A stretch of 64,000 nucleotides of DNA from the human T2T-CHM13v2.0 reference genome, Homo sapiens. Position 1 is the first letter of the stretch, and the number at the start of each line of letters is the position of its first letter. Below, piece by piece: positions 49,455 through 64,000 of this stretch. The notes under the pieces were generated by a model. That model worked only from the letters and a program-made list of their open reading frames with translations. It was not told where the DNA came from and ran no database searches. Position numbers and translations under genes: made by a program. Where the stretch lies: assembly GCF_009914755.1 (NCBI RefSeq), contig NC_060936.1; one strand, 5' to 3'.

Positions 49455-49640
49455 TCTACTCATCCTTCCACCTATGCATCCCTACTCGCATCTACCCATG
49501 CATCCCTTCACCCATGCATCCACCTATCCATCTACCCATGTAGCTACCGCGCCATTCACTCATGCATGCATCCACTGATCCATCCACCCATGCATTCATC
49601 CACCCATGCATCCATCCACCCATGCATCCATCCATCATCT
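49455..49640 (+). repeat. Degenerate (CATC/CACC/CATG)n simple repeat
   Basis: Repeated ccacccatgcatcc units. Confidence 0.9.
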
Positions 49641-52600
49641 ACATAGGGCAGGGGTGGGACTAGAGCCCAGAGCCTCTGCCTCTAAACCCAAAGGTCTTCA
49701 CAACGGGTCACAGTTGACTTCTTTACACTCACGGCAGCTCTGGGAAACTTTCTGACCCCTTAATGGGTATACAGGAAGAAAGACCCTGCTAGTGGAATGG
49801 GGGAAGGGTAACAGGGCTCATGACAAGGCACGGTCTATGCAGGATGCCTGCCCTAAGGCCAATCCTCATCAACAGCTCTGTGAGGGCAGCCAACCCTAAG
49901 CCCACTCTGCAGATGAGGAAACAGGAAACAAGCTCTGGAGAGGTCTGCTGACGTGCCTACAATCCAAGGATGGTTAACCACTACAGCCATAACCCTGTCC
50001 CAGATCTCTCCACTGTCCAAGAGTAGGCCCTCTCACTGCACTATGGCACGTCAGGCATGGCTTGGGCAGGGTGGATAGGAGGCGTCCCAGTGGGCAAGAA
50101 GCTTCTCAGACCAAAGGCTTCTGAGCCAGGGTCAATGTGGTGGATGGTGGGAGTCATTGGTCATCACAAGATGATGCGTCTCACAGGAAATGGGAAAGAA
50201 CTTGTACACTGGGGAGTCAGAAAAAGGGGGAAGCCTGGGGCTTTCAGGCCCTGACAAAGCTCCTGCATCCAAGGGAGCTTCTGAAGGTTGTAGGAGAAGG
50301 TGGCTGCTAGCAGGGTCCCCAAGAACAGCTGCCGACAGAGTTTGGACAAAGTTATGCCATCTCCCTATGTGCCAGTGGCTTCAGAGAGTTCTGGAGGAAA
50401 GACCCAAGAGCCGGAGCAGCTATGAGGGCTGGCTGCTGGGAAGAGATGGAGTTGGGTGCGGAGGAAGGCACAGGTGTTCTAACAAAGGGACTCTGAGAAG
50501 CAGGAACTACGGTGTAGAGGTAGGCGGTAAGTTCCTAGGGAGGCCCTGCAGCAACTGAGGGGCCCCTGCTCCTCCTCCTCCTTCTCCCTGCCAAGTAGAG
50601 CAGCCTGGCTTGCATCTGTCTGCTCCCCTCCGGTGCACCTGGGACCCTGATGCTTGCTGCTTCCCATTTCAACAAATCCAGGGAGACAGGTTCCTGAGTC
50701 CCCAGACTCCCTCCCAGACAGGCAGCCAGGTGGAAGGGAAAGTTTGGGGTCCAGCGCCTGCACTTCTCATCTCTCCGTCCTTAGATCTGATACTTGCAAC
50801 TGAGCCTTGGTTTACTCATCTGTAAAGGGAGGTGGTAATACGTCCAGTGAGGGGGTAGAACACTATGCCTGGCAACCAAGATGTGTTCTGTCACCCACAG
50901 GAATACTAAAAATATCTAACCCCTGGGCACTGCTGCTGGCTGTGGGGCTGGGGGAATCCTGGAGGTGCCTGTGGACAGCATTGCCCACTTAGCTCCAGAA
51001 ATCCCAGGGAAGGGACAATAAGGGGGACGGGGCAGGGGCAGAGGCTATTTACCAGCAAAAAAAAGTACAGCACTCTTGCTCTTGGGGCTAGATGTATCTA
51101 GGATTTCAGAATATCCTGAACTTTAGACAGGTAAAGCTGCATATCTCAGCAGCATCCAATAAACAAATACATTGAACTCTCTGCAGTGAAAGACATGAAT
51201 ATAGAATACATAAAGACTATAAATAGCCTCACTTGGACTATAAATAGCCTCACCTCAGTTCAGGAAAAATTTTGCTGCCAAATGAGTTACAAAAAAGTGT
51301 CTGGTTTTCAGTGTGCTGGATTTTGGAATTGAGGATAAGGAATTGTGGATCTGCACATCAATGTTTTCACCACATATCTGTGTGAACCAACTGCATATCA
51401 CCCCTGCTTCACCCCACTACCAATGCAGGACAGATGAGGGGTGACATGTGCTCTGCCTCTAAAACTCACCAGGCCCTGTGACCTTGGGGAACACAGTCCA
51501 AAGAGATGAGTCACACACGAAAGCAAATGTGCACACACACACAAACAGCAATGCCTATAAATATATTCATAACACAGGCCTGCGGGCACATAGGTCCACA
51601 AGGACGCAGAGCCCAGCTCTGCTGACGGAACCTGTGTTGCCCCAGGGCCCGCTGACCCCTGCTCAGGGCAAGGCCTGTGTTTCCAGGCCTGTGACTGGGC
51701 AAGCAAGGGTAGGCAGGAATGAGGAACACGGCAGGGCTTGGTGGTTGAGAGCTTCCTCATCTCTGCAGTGTGGAGAAGGGGCAGGTATGCCAGGCAGACC
51801 TGGCTCTGGTACCAGCACTGCCACTGCCCAGCCGGTGGCCTTAGATAGGTGGCCTTGGGCAGGTGGCCTGCGCCCCTGGCTGGGCTGCATTTCTTCACCT
51901 GCAAAGTCTGAGTGAAACAGGCCTCTTGGGCTTGGTGAGAGGCACACAGGAGCCCCCAGGGCTTGGCACACAGCTGGTGCTTAGGAAGTGCTTGCTGACT
52001 CTGTTCTGTGACGTTGCTTAAATGCATAATATTTAAAAGAGGGGGCTAAAATAAGTGGCCCCTTCAGTCCCAGAAGCGTCTCCCTCTCCCCCAGGGCTCT
52101 CTTTGGAGGCAGAGCCCCTTGTGGGTCTCTGTCCTACACCAGGGCTCTCTGGTCAGAATGCAGATGAGACCTACTGGATGCTCTGGCTGCCAAGAGCAGC
52201 CCCCACGAGACCAGGCTCCAGGTCTGGAAGGAAAAGCCTAGAGCAGGGACCCCTGGAGGAGGGGTCACAGCATTGCAGGCAGAACTCAGGCTTTGACATC
52301 AGAATGGTGCTCTGATCACACAGCTCCACCCCTCACTTGGTCTTAAGGAAGTTACTTAAACTCTCTGAGCCTCAGTTCTTCATTTTATAGGTGAAGGTAT
52401 GTGGACCTTCATTTTATAGGTATGTGGACCTAGTCCAATACCACACACACCTCATAGGGTAGTAAGGGGAATAAATTAACAGACAATCAATGTAAAGCAC
52501 CCAGCACACAACACCCAAGCAACAGCAGCAGCCGCTATTATTACTATAATGATGATGGTGATGGTGATGGTGATGCTGGGGATCAGCCCTGCTAAAGAAC

Positions 52601-55514
52601 TGTGTCCCCACACTCAAAACAGTCAGGACTAGGGGAAACAAATCATTGATATCATTTTGTCACTATGCATTATTGCCAGCCTTCCCAGGGTTGGGGCCGT
52701 TGCTCACTGTTTCGACCCTCCCAGCAACGCTGCCAGCAGGCAGACAGACGCACTCTCCCCACTCCAAATTGGAAAATGGAAACCAAGAGAGCGACAGGGA
52801 CTTGGTCAAGGTCATCGGGCAAGTCAGTAGCAGGGAAGGGATGAGAACTCCTCATTCTGGGCCCAGGGTGACACCAAACCGATCCCAACCAGCACCCCAA
52901 GGCCTGCAGCCCACAGGAGGCTCTCAGCCACCACGGGGCACAGGTATGTGCAGGAGCATCAAGACCTGGGCTGGGGGTGGCACAGGGCAGGGGAGCTGAG
53001 GGGAGTAGGGAACCAAGACATCTTTCAACTGGCCCAAGCCCATCGCGCACAGTCTGGCTCCTCTATCTTTGGCGGGGAGCCTGGGGCTATTTCGGGAAGC
53101 TCTGCGCACAGCCCGCCACTTCCCTGCCAGGCTGACTGGGTCAAAAACAAAACGAGCCCAGCAACACCCCTGTGTCAACAGGGTGGGAAGTGAGGAGGCA
53201 CTGAACAGCCCCAAATACAACAGCAGGAACAGGAGAAAATCAGGGAAGGTTGTGGGGGTAAGCACATCACCCTCACCCTGCAAAAAAAAGCTAGTGGGAA
53301 ACAAACAACACAATGAATCAGATGCAGCAGGACACAGGGAGTGACTAGCTCTGGGGCCAGACCACGTTCACATTCAAGCCTTGTCTTTGAGCAAGTCCTT
53401 TACCTGCTCCAGGCCTCAGTGTACCCATTTGTGGACCACCACCCACCTTGGAGGGTTGAGTGGGATTAAATGAGGTGACAGTGAGGCACTGGGCACCTGA
53501 GATGTCCTCAGCCTGGGCCTGCCATGCCCTGCTCACCCTTCAGAGCCTTGCTCAGAGTCTCCCATTGGGACAGCTGAGCTACAGCCCCCATTCTGCAGGC
53601 ACTTGCCACCCACAGCCGCTGGAGGCCCCTGGACGGCTGCACAAGGCCCTGTCCATCCTTGTGCAACTGCAGTGCTGAGCCTGGAGCAGCTGCCTCATCG
53701 GTCTGTGAGGTCAAGCTCAAGGGGCCACCCAGAAGGCTTTCCGAGAGCATCCAAAAAACCAGAAGAAAGGGTGAAGAGGTCCCCGATGGCATCCAGGGTT
53801 CCCCCATAGCCCTCCAGTCACTGTCATGGGGCAGGCAGCAGGACTCAGCTCATCTCTAGCTGCTGCTTTGCAGGGGCAGCATGAGAGCCACCTGGTGCCA
53901 GGGACAGCGCACAGGGCTCTGCCCAGAGCAGGTGCACAGCAGACACTGGAGACGGAGTCAATGGGGAACCAACGGGGCTGGCAGGAGAGGCAGGAGGATG
54001 CAAGACAGGAACAACCATTTATGGGGCATTTCCAAGGCACCAGGCTCTGTGGGAGCAGCTGACACACCTTGTCCCAGCAGATTATGTCTTTTTGACAGGT
54101 AAAAGCAAGGGGCCCAGAAAAGGGAAAGGATTTTGGCAAGTTGGTGTGAGACTTGCAGGAGGCCAGCAAGCTCAGAAGGGCTGTTCATTTTAAATGATTA
54201 ATTGTATGTAAAGCCTGTGGGTGTGAGGATGAGGAGGCAGCTCCCCAACAGGCACCCTGGGCTGGCCTGGGAGCCTTAGGGGACATCATCCCCAAGGTGG
54301 TCTGTTGGTTCTCTCACAGCAGGAGGATGGGAAGGAATGGATGGTGGTCAGGCAGCCACAGGGGCACTGGTACTGGCAACACTCAGCACTTCCTGCATTC
54401 AGGGGCACCCTCTGTCATCCTGGACAGCAGAGACTTCTAGAAGTCAGATGCAGGAAGTGCTTCCCAGAGCAAGATTGTCTTTCATTAACTGCTGGAGACG
54501 TGGGGCAGAGACTCACCCAAGGTCTGCAGCAGGCCTAAGCCTTGTCCCTTGTTGTATCCAGCCCTGTATGCGTTTGTGTGCGTGTGTGTAGACAAATGTC
54601 ACCTTCACAGCTGAGGTGTCAGTGTGTCTCATCTGCGATGGGCCAGGGGAAGGAGATGAAAGCTCTTGCAGGTGCCATGTGTTGAAATGGCCACTCCACC
54701 ATGTGCCCAGTGATGTATCCGAGAGGAGCTCAGGGAGCCAGGGCTGGATGCAGGCAGACAGCCTGGCCAGGAAGGAGGCCAAGTGTCAAGATCGAGCAAG
54801 GGGAGGGCCTGACGAGGGGTAGAGAAGACCAAGCTGGGAAACACACGGAGTGGGCTGGTGCAGGCAGGGGCAGAGGGTGAGGGGCCGTCACTGTAGATGC
54901 CCTGAAGACTGAGCATTGTGGGTACTCCCCACAACCCACAAACTCATGAGCCAGCCAGGAGCAAGAGCAGGGGTCTGGCTATGTATGCCACCATCATCTC
55001 CACTGCCTTTGTGGAGTGAGTCCGTGACCTCACCCCACAGCTGTTGGGGGTGGGGGCATGAACCTCTGAGACAAGCACAGACTGAGAGCTGGGAGACAGA
55101 CAGACTCCTCTCTGCAATGCCCATCCTGTGAGAGGGGCTTAACCACCCCCTGGGATGGGCTACAAGGTACTGCTATTAGAGAAAGTTCCTATACTGAACA
55201 GTTTGCCCCACTGGGACTCAACCTGGGGTCTTGATTGACTTTTTGGAGCCACATGCAGCCTTTCTCCTCCAGGACACCTTAAAATACGTGTCTGACTAGT
55301 ACACCCTCTCCACAGTGGCTGCCTACTGGACCCCCTCGGCTGCTCTGGGCTCTCTGATTCTACTCGTGGAGGCAAAGTCGCCCTTGCTGATGACAGGGCC
55401 TGAGGCTGCTAAAAGCCCTGGGTGTGTTTCCTGGGACCCGCTGCCAGGCCACACTCCCCGGCCAGTGCAGTAGGTTTGCCCTTTATCTGGTGACATTCTG
55501 CCTGCTGGGTGCAA

Positions 55515-56292
<778 letters not shown>

Positions 56293-56717
56293 CAGCCCCA
56301 GGAAACTAGTACATTGGGTTTGTGGCATTGGGAAACAGGACACACTCTGAGCTGACCACATATAGGTCAGCTAGTGTCTCCTGCTCCGGGCACCCTGCAG
56401 GAGAACAGCCAATGGGTCTCTTGGCTGGAAGGGTGACACTAGCATCTGGGCAGGACTGAGGCAGCCTGTCACCAGGCTGTTAGCAGGGCTGCAGCCCAAT
56501 TAGCTCAGGGCATGCGAGGAGCCAACGGTGAGAAACCCGTCTGCATCCAGGCTCTTAAGACACTTGAGGGGAAGTAGTCATGTGGCCCAAAGTGCACTGG
56601 CCTCCCCCTGCCCAGCCTCCCCACTTTCTCCACCTCCCCACATGGTACCTGAACAGCTTTTTCTAGGCCCCCATGTCAGGTCAGGCCAGCTCAGCTTTGC
56701 TAAAAATCCACGGGCAC

Positions 56718-57066
<349 letters not shown>

Positions 57067-57430
57067 CTAAGCAGACAGCCTTAAGAACTAACGCAGGGAC
57101 TGCAGGTCTTTCTAATCAGAAATGCTTGAAGCGAGATCTGAGAAATACTTAACAGCCCCCTAACCCCAAGGGGCTCAGCATCCCCTACCTGTCTCCACTT
57201 TTGGAGACCCTCCCATAATGGGGAGCTGAGGGAGTTGGCCAAGACTTTTGGAAGCTTTAGGACTATGACCAAGGGTTTCTCTGAGATTCTGCAGAGTTTG
57301 GAATCTCAGAGAGCTCCAGCACTTACGAACCCCAGGCACCTCCACCACCCCAACACCATAGGCTCTGCCCACTTCAAGGGACATGGTCAGGACAACTGTA
57401 GGATTGATAATGTCAGAGCCAAGATGGTTA

Positions 57431-57940
<510 letters not shown>

Positions 57941-60900
57941 CTGGTACAATCTCCCCTGCAGACAGATGGAGAGACTGGAGACAGGACAGGGATTGCTGCA
58001 GGCCACGCAGCAAAGAAAAGGCCAGAGTCCACACCTCTCCTGGGCTTGCTGGGGTCCCTATAGGCCTGGAATCAGATGGCCAGAGTCCTCTGTGCTCAAA
58101 GAGCCCTTCCCCCAGGTGAAGCTTCCTCGCCTTCCAGGCCCCCTGGAAGCCTTCCCAAGCCCCGTGGGCCGAGTCAGCACCCCGGGCACCTTGCGCCCAC
58201 TTTCCTTTTGGCATTTATCAGACTGCACTGTAGCCACATGTTTGCCTTGGAGCTCAGGGCCCGAGCCTTGTTCAAAGTTGTGTCCCCAGGGCTCGGCCAC
58301 AGCAGTTGCTTAATAAAGGTAGGTACCCAGCAAATATTTGTTAGATAAAAGATTTTAATTCCAAACTCTGTCCCAGAACAGTTGTCTGACCTTGGGCAGG
58401 TGACCCAACTTCCAGGCCCCTTCCTGGAACAGATTCTGGTCATCTGCCCTGACCGTTTCCCAAGGTGACAGTGAAAAGCCAGATGCAATGCACTCAGGAA
58501 GCTGCCCAGCAGTGGGGCTCTGCACCCGGTGCTCATATGACAAGCAGGGGCTCACTGAGTGACTGGCAAGGAGCTAAGAGTCCCCAGGTTGGCAAGACCC
58601 AGCCAGGAGAGTCTGCTGATAAGATACAGCCCAGGGACAGACGAGTCCAGAGGTTCTACTAGCCTTGAGCCTGGGGCAAGAGGTCGCCATGCCCTGGCCC
58701 CTAGCCCAGCTCTCTTCACTGCTCTTGGGGCTTAAATCATGCCCTAAGCCCATGTCCACTGTGGGGAGCAGGGACTGGGCCCTGAAAGCTATCAGACTGC
58801 AAACAGAAGATCACATCAAGTGGTGGTAACAAGGGCCTGGGAGCTGAAGCAGGTCCCTGGCCTGTGTGGGCCTTAGTGTCCCAGCTATAGTGAAGGGGTT
58901 TGAGCTGGACCGTATCCAAGGGCCCCAGGACCGTGTGGGCAATGGCACCGCTGTCACAGCTGCTGTCATCAGCACCCTCAGGGCCTCATGGCAGGCATTC
59001 ATGTTGGTGTGGGCATCAGGGAAGGTCTGCTCCTCTGGACAGAGGCCTCCTAGAACACCCAGGCCGGGCAGCCCAGAGGAACATGACACACGCTGAGTCT
59101 GGGAAGCAGGTGATGTCCCCCCTCCCAGCTCCACTGGCTGCCCTGAGGAGCAGAGCTGCCCATGGGATGGGCTCCCTATGAGACAGGATGCTCCTCGGTG
59201 TGCCACTTCCTCAAGCCAGGCAGTAACAGCTTACACAGGCCAGGCCTCTTCCAAGGAGGAGCTGGGGAGCTTAGGCCTGCCCCCCATGCCTTCTAAATAA
59301 CCCCACAGGACCAACCGGTTCTTCAGACCAGGCTAGTTGTGGGGGCAGCCCTAAGGGCCCCACATCAACATGCCCCTTCGCGCATCTGCCCAACTCAGAG
59401 AATGCCGTGACGTGTGACTCATGTTGGGGCCACATGGAAGGGATGTCACCGAGTCACCAGGTCAGCCCTTCCTAGCTGCAAACAGGGGGATGCAGGGAAG
59501 GAGGCCAGCAGAGAGAGGGAGTTGAACTCCGTTCTGCCTCCAGGAGCCTATCCAGCTGGCCCAGCTCAGTGTGATTCCAAGGAACTCAGGAAAGCTGCCC
59601 TGGGTCTGCCTGGCTCAGTGTCCCCATCTAGCAGGTCCGACCTGGGATCCTCGAGTGTCCACTGTTGCTTGGGAGGGAGCAACAGGCTGAACTCTTGAGT
59701 AGGGTGGGCAGAGGGCTGCAGGCAGCAGAGGGGGACAGGCATGCCGGCTCTTCTCTAAGTTGAAGCTGCCAGCTGGTGTCTCAAGCATAACTTCCAGCCC
59801 CTGCTCTTTCTGGGTCCAGGGGAGGCCCCTCCTTGGCACTGCAGCCATATCCAAGTTTCAGCCATGAAATATGGAGCTGCTCATCTTTTCCCTGTGCTCC
59901 CCATAAGCCACACTGCTGACCACGTGTTGTGCTTCCTAGGGTGGAGGACAGCCAGAGAGAGACCCGCAGGCTGGATAACTCTGCTGCCCACCTTCCCCTG
60001 AGGGCAAGCTCAGTCCAGGGAGTGGCTCTGGGTTCAGGTGGCTGGCAGGGTACAAACGGCTCGATGATCACACCTCCTGACAGAAAGCTCTGCTGGCTAA
60101 GACACCGCACTGGCTCTCCAAACATTTGGGAGCATGAAAAGCAGCGGTTGGCCTGGCCCTGATCCTAGGACAGCCTCTGGTACAGAGCAATCTGACACTG
60201 GAGGAGAGCCCCACAAGACGATCATCCGCTTCACACGCTCCTGCGACGAGGCAGGCAAGAAGCACAGAATCTTGAATTCTCACACAACGCCCATGGGGGG
60301 ACCATCACTCCCATTCCACACAATAGGAAACTGAGGTGCAATGGGATTAAGCAGCTTCTGTGGGTCACACAGCCAGGACTCAAAACCCGAGCCTATATGA
60401 CTACCAAGTTTTGCTCTTCTACCAGCTTAGGAAGGTCCTAGAGCAGCCCAGTCCCGATCCTTTCCATCTCAGGAATCTAGAGTCCTGGAAAGGGGACTTC
60501 AGCCATGCAATTAGCACAGGCCCAGCAGGCAAATGAAGTCAGGCGGAAGGAGTGTTTTAAATTTACCCATTCCCCATTCTCTGTCTGCACAGGCTTGACA
60601 AAGCCTGTTCACAGCCACAGGCTGTGATAATGGTGTGCCCACGCCTAGAAAGCTGTGAAGTGCTTTACAAGGGCACAGGGTGACAGGAAAAGTGAGGACG
60701 CTGGCATGAAACAAAGTGCTGGGCACACACCATCCATTTGTCCTTCCCATTCTCCTGAGGGCATCCATCGCTAACTCTGCTGTGCACACCAGGAAACTGA
60801 GGCTCCGAGAGGTCAAAGGAATTCTCCAAGATCTTATAATCAGGCTGATGGTAGACAGGGGACAGGGACAAGGTCTTCTAACTTGCATTCTCCCCTGCCC

Positions 60901-62919
60901 TCCAGCCCCTGAGCATAGTCTTGCTTAGAGAAAGGTGATGGGGACTTGATGAGGAAAATTCCTCTCACTATGGCAACAAGGTGGGGAAAGTGAGGCACAA
61001 AGTAGACAGCAAGTTAAGGCTGGCAATTGTCCCTCTCCTGTCTTCTCCCAAGACACACCTACCATTTGCAGAGTGACAGAGCATGTTCAAGTCCCTCATT
61101 CATTCATTCCCACCAAACTTGGCTTTGTCAGGGAGACAGTCAGGTCTCAGAGAGATCCACTGGGGCAGAGCTGGGACCCCAGACTCTCAGACTCCAGGCC
61201 TAGTGCTCCCTGTCAACAGCTGCTCAAGGTTTTGAGGTTAAACATTCATCTGAAAGGGGCTTTCAGGATGCCGAAGGCAGCAGAGAGGGCCACAAAGCTG
61301 ACCTACTGGGTAAACCTGCAACTGAACGTTGGACCAAATAAAACCAGCACCCAGTCAGGAAACCATCATAAGATACAACTTTCCCTCACCTGGAGCTCTG
61401 GAAGAAGAGGCTGTGGCCACCAGGCAAGGGCCCTGGGGAAGTCATCCAAGCCAGAATCCGGAGCCCCAACAGGGATCAGGGAAGGAGCCTGACTTCCGAG
61501 GCCTGGTGTTTAGGGAGAGCCCTGCCTCTTGAGAGTTTGGCTGGTGTGATTCCATCGCCTGCCCCCCTCCCCAGAGCTCCCTATCCCCTTCAGGGATGGC
61601 CAGCTGTCTCCAGCTTCCATGAGGATGGAGCTTCCGTTTTATTCACTTGGCTTCTCATGGGTCGTTAAGGTACAAACCCTCTGCTATTTGTTACATCGGT
61701 ATACTTTCAACCTCTTAGGAAGAGCTCTTAAATGGATGAGCCTTTTTTCTTCCATATTTCATTTTCATATAGTCTCTAAGCTACGGAAAAATTGCAAAAC
61801 TAACATAAGAACTCCCCTCTACACTACCCAAAAGCAGCAATTGCTTCCCTTTTGTTCCATCTGCCTTGCATCTGTGTCCCTCCTGCTCTCTGTGTGCATC
61901 TCTGGGCATAAACACTCCTGACCCATTGAAGAGTAAGTTATGGGAATGCCTTGTCTCTAACAACAGCCTACCATTCGCCACCGCCTACACAGGTGGTTCA
62001 TCTCCTAGCACATCACACCTGTTCTCTGTGGTGAGACACATGAAGTAGACAGTGTTATCTCTATGTTACAGATGAAGAAACTGAGGCACATATCTCCTCA
62101 TGTGCAGTGCTGCTCCTACTACCCTGAGCCACCAATGCTGAAATCCTCAGCCTAAAACACATAGACCCCACGATGCAGACTGTCTTTCTGATGATACATG
62201 ATGTAGCAATTTTTAAAAGAAAGGGAGCCACTCTGCTCCTATAGCAGAATAACAGTGGATCAGGATCAGAGTGACCCGGATTTTCCACAGTGTAGAGTGG
62301 CCTCGTACTCTGGGTGGAAGCCCTGGGGCAAGTGAGTGGTAGGGCAGATGCAGGGGGCTCTCCTCCAGCTCATCCCCAGGCTGCCTGCTCCTTCCTCTCT
62401 CTAATTCCTTCCTTTTCTCTTCTCAGACAACTAAGGTGGGTGGCCGTGGAGTGCAGGGAGAGTGAGCACCCCCCAGCTCTCCTCACCCAACCTCCTTGGC
62501 CTCCTCCCATACTGAGCACCCGCTGAAGGACAAGGGCTGAATATAGTCTTCAGGCCAAGAGCCCAGCAGCCATGCCCGGTGCAGAGCAGGTTGCATGTAT
62601 AACTAATGAGTGAGGCAGAGGGAGGGAGGGAGCGAAGGAGTGAAAGAGCCAAGGATCCAAGTTCTGGTTCTGCCTTCACAGGCAGGCTACTCAACCCTCC
62701 GAGACTCGGTCTACTTATCTGTAAAATGGGAGCAACGCCAAGTACTTCTAGGGTGGCTGCAAACTGTTAAATCAGATGAGACTTGGGAAAGTGTCTGTGA
62801 AGTGGATTTAAGATCCCAGTGCAGACATAGGTTAAGGAGTTTGCTGAGCCCTGCTCTGGGAATTGAAGCAGAAAATGGGAGAAGCAGAATGCAAAGTTAA
62901 AGATGCCCAAATACAAATG

Positions 62920-63200
62920 CCACACTCACATTCACTGCACACACTCTCACATACCCCATAGGCACACACAGGCACATATACATGCCACACACATGCACAC
63001 ACACCTCACACACACAACATACCACACATGCACATATAAATACACACATGTCCATATGCACACAACACACACTCACATATACACCCCCCACATGAGCACA
63101 CCACACACGCATATGCAAACACATCACACACCTCACATAGACACACACATGCCTACACATACACCCACCCACCCACACACACACACAAACACACACATAT
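62920..63200 (+). repeat. Degenerate (CA)n tract; a degenerate (TG)n tract follows at about 63580-63750
   Basis: Low-complexity CA-rich sequence. Confidence 0.92.
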
Positions 63201-64000
63201 GGCCTCACAGCTCAGTACACCCTAAGCTTATCAGTCTCTGATGAATCCCTTCCCTTTGGGCTGGCGGCCCTCAGAAGCCCTGGACAGAAAGCCAGCACCC
63301 AGAGGCTCCCCTGCAGACACAAACATGCCAATCCCTGTAATACACCAGACCATGCAACAGAGCACCAGGGAGGAAAAGAGGGAACAGAGGCAGCTCTTTC
63401 CAGAAGTGGACAGGGACAGTTGTCTCACTCAGGTGAGACACTGAGCTGTAAAGCAATGCATAAAAAGGACAGCTGTCTGATCTTAACAATCCTGGGAACC
63501 GTTTACATGGGATCATGTTAGCATGAGAAGAATGCCAAATGGTAGGTACACCCCTGCTAGCAGGCAGGGAAAACATATTTGTGTGTGCGTGCATGTGGGT
63601 GTGAGCTTGTGAGTTGCATGTGCATGCCTGCATGGCATGTGCACATGTATTTGTGTGAGTGTGCATGTGGGGAGGCTGTGTGTGTGTATCTGCAAGCATA
63701 TGTGCACTTGTGGGCAAAGGCGTGTATGTGCATGTATAAGTACGTGTGTGTTCAGGAAACTCACAAGAGAGACTGGGGGAGAGTTTAATGTTCATGAGCT
63801 TCTCTCTTCCTGCAGTTTAAGTCATCATGCAACACCACCAACAGACTTTTTCAAAGCTAGGCACGGGCTGGGCGGGGGCCAAGGCAGATGTTCTGAGTCC
63901 CAGAATCTCTGACCCGCATCAGAGCGGCCTGTCCTGCCCAGCACAGCCTGGGTGGTGGATTCCACCATGCTGCAAGCCAGGCCAGGGAAAAATAAATCAG

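Noticed and set aside
52548-52575. Poly-His ORF segment
   Set aside because: Translation of a short (TGA/TGG)n simple repeat.

Overview
Human genomic DNA. The window holds the 5' part of PITPNM2 (Nir3/RdgB-alpha2, membrane-associated phosphatidylinositol transfer protein 2; chr12q24.31 from prior knowledge), transcribed on the minus strand. Three coding exons splice in frame with canonical GT-AG sites: 23045-23122 (ATG, part of an exon extending to 23217), 2350-2564 and 1135-1256. Together they give MIIKEYRIPLPMTVEEYRIAQLYMIQ/KKSRNETYGEG...YPYTRTR/FTCPFVEKF...KNQLTI, the N-terminal PITP domain. The rest appears intronic: a 20.5-kb intron at 2565-23044 and over 40 kb of upstream 5'-UTR intron. 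It contains more than 30 Alus, old L1, MLT1 LTR, MIR/L2 and MER fragments, microsatellites and several local duplications. Nearly all other ORFs in the track are repeat-derived or chance frames. I found no convincing new multi-gene system. The best leads are small-scale: an 18-nt G-rich repeat that triplicates the first coding exon's splice donor in frame, a strong-Kozak uORF, a candidate poison exon, an RBFOX motif cluster, a zero-spacer inverted nested Alu, a human-specific AluYb8, and several templated-insertion or template-switch scars. Repeat boundaries and subfamily names are read by eye and are approximate.
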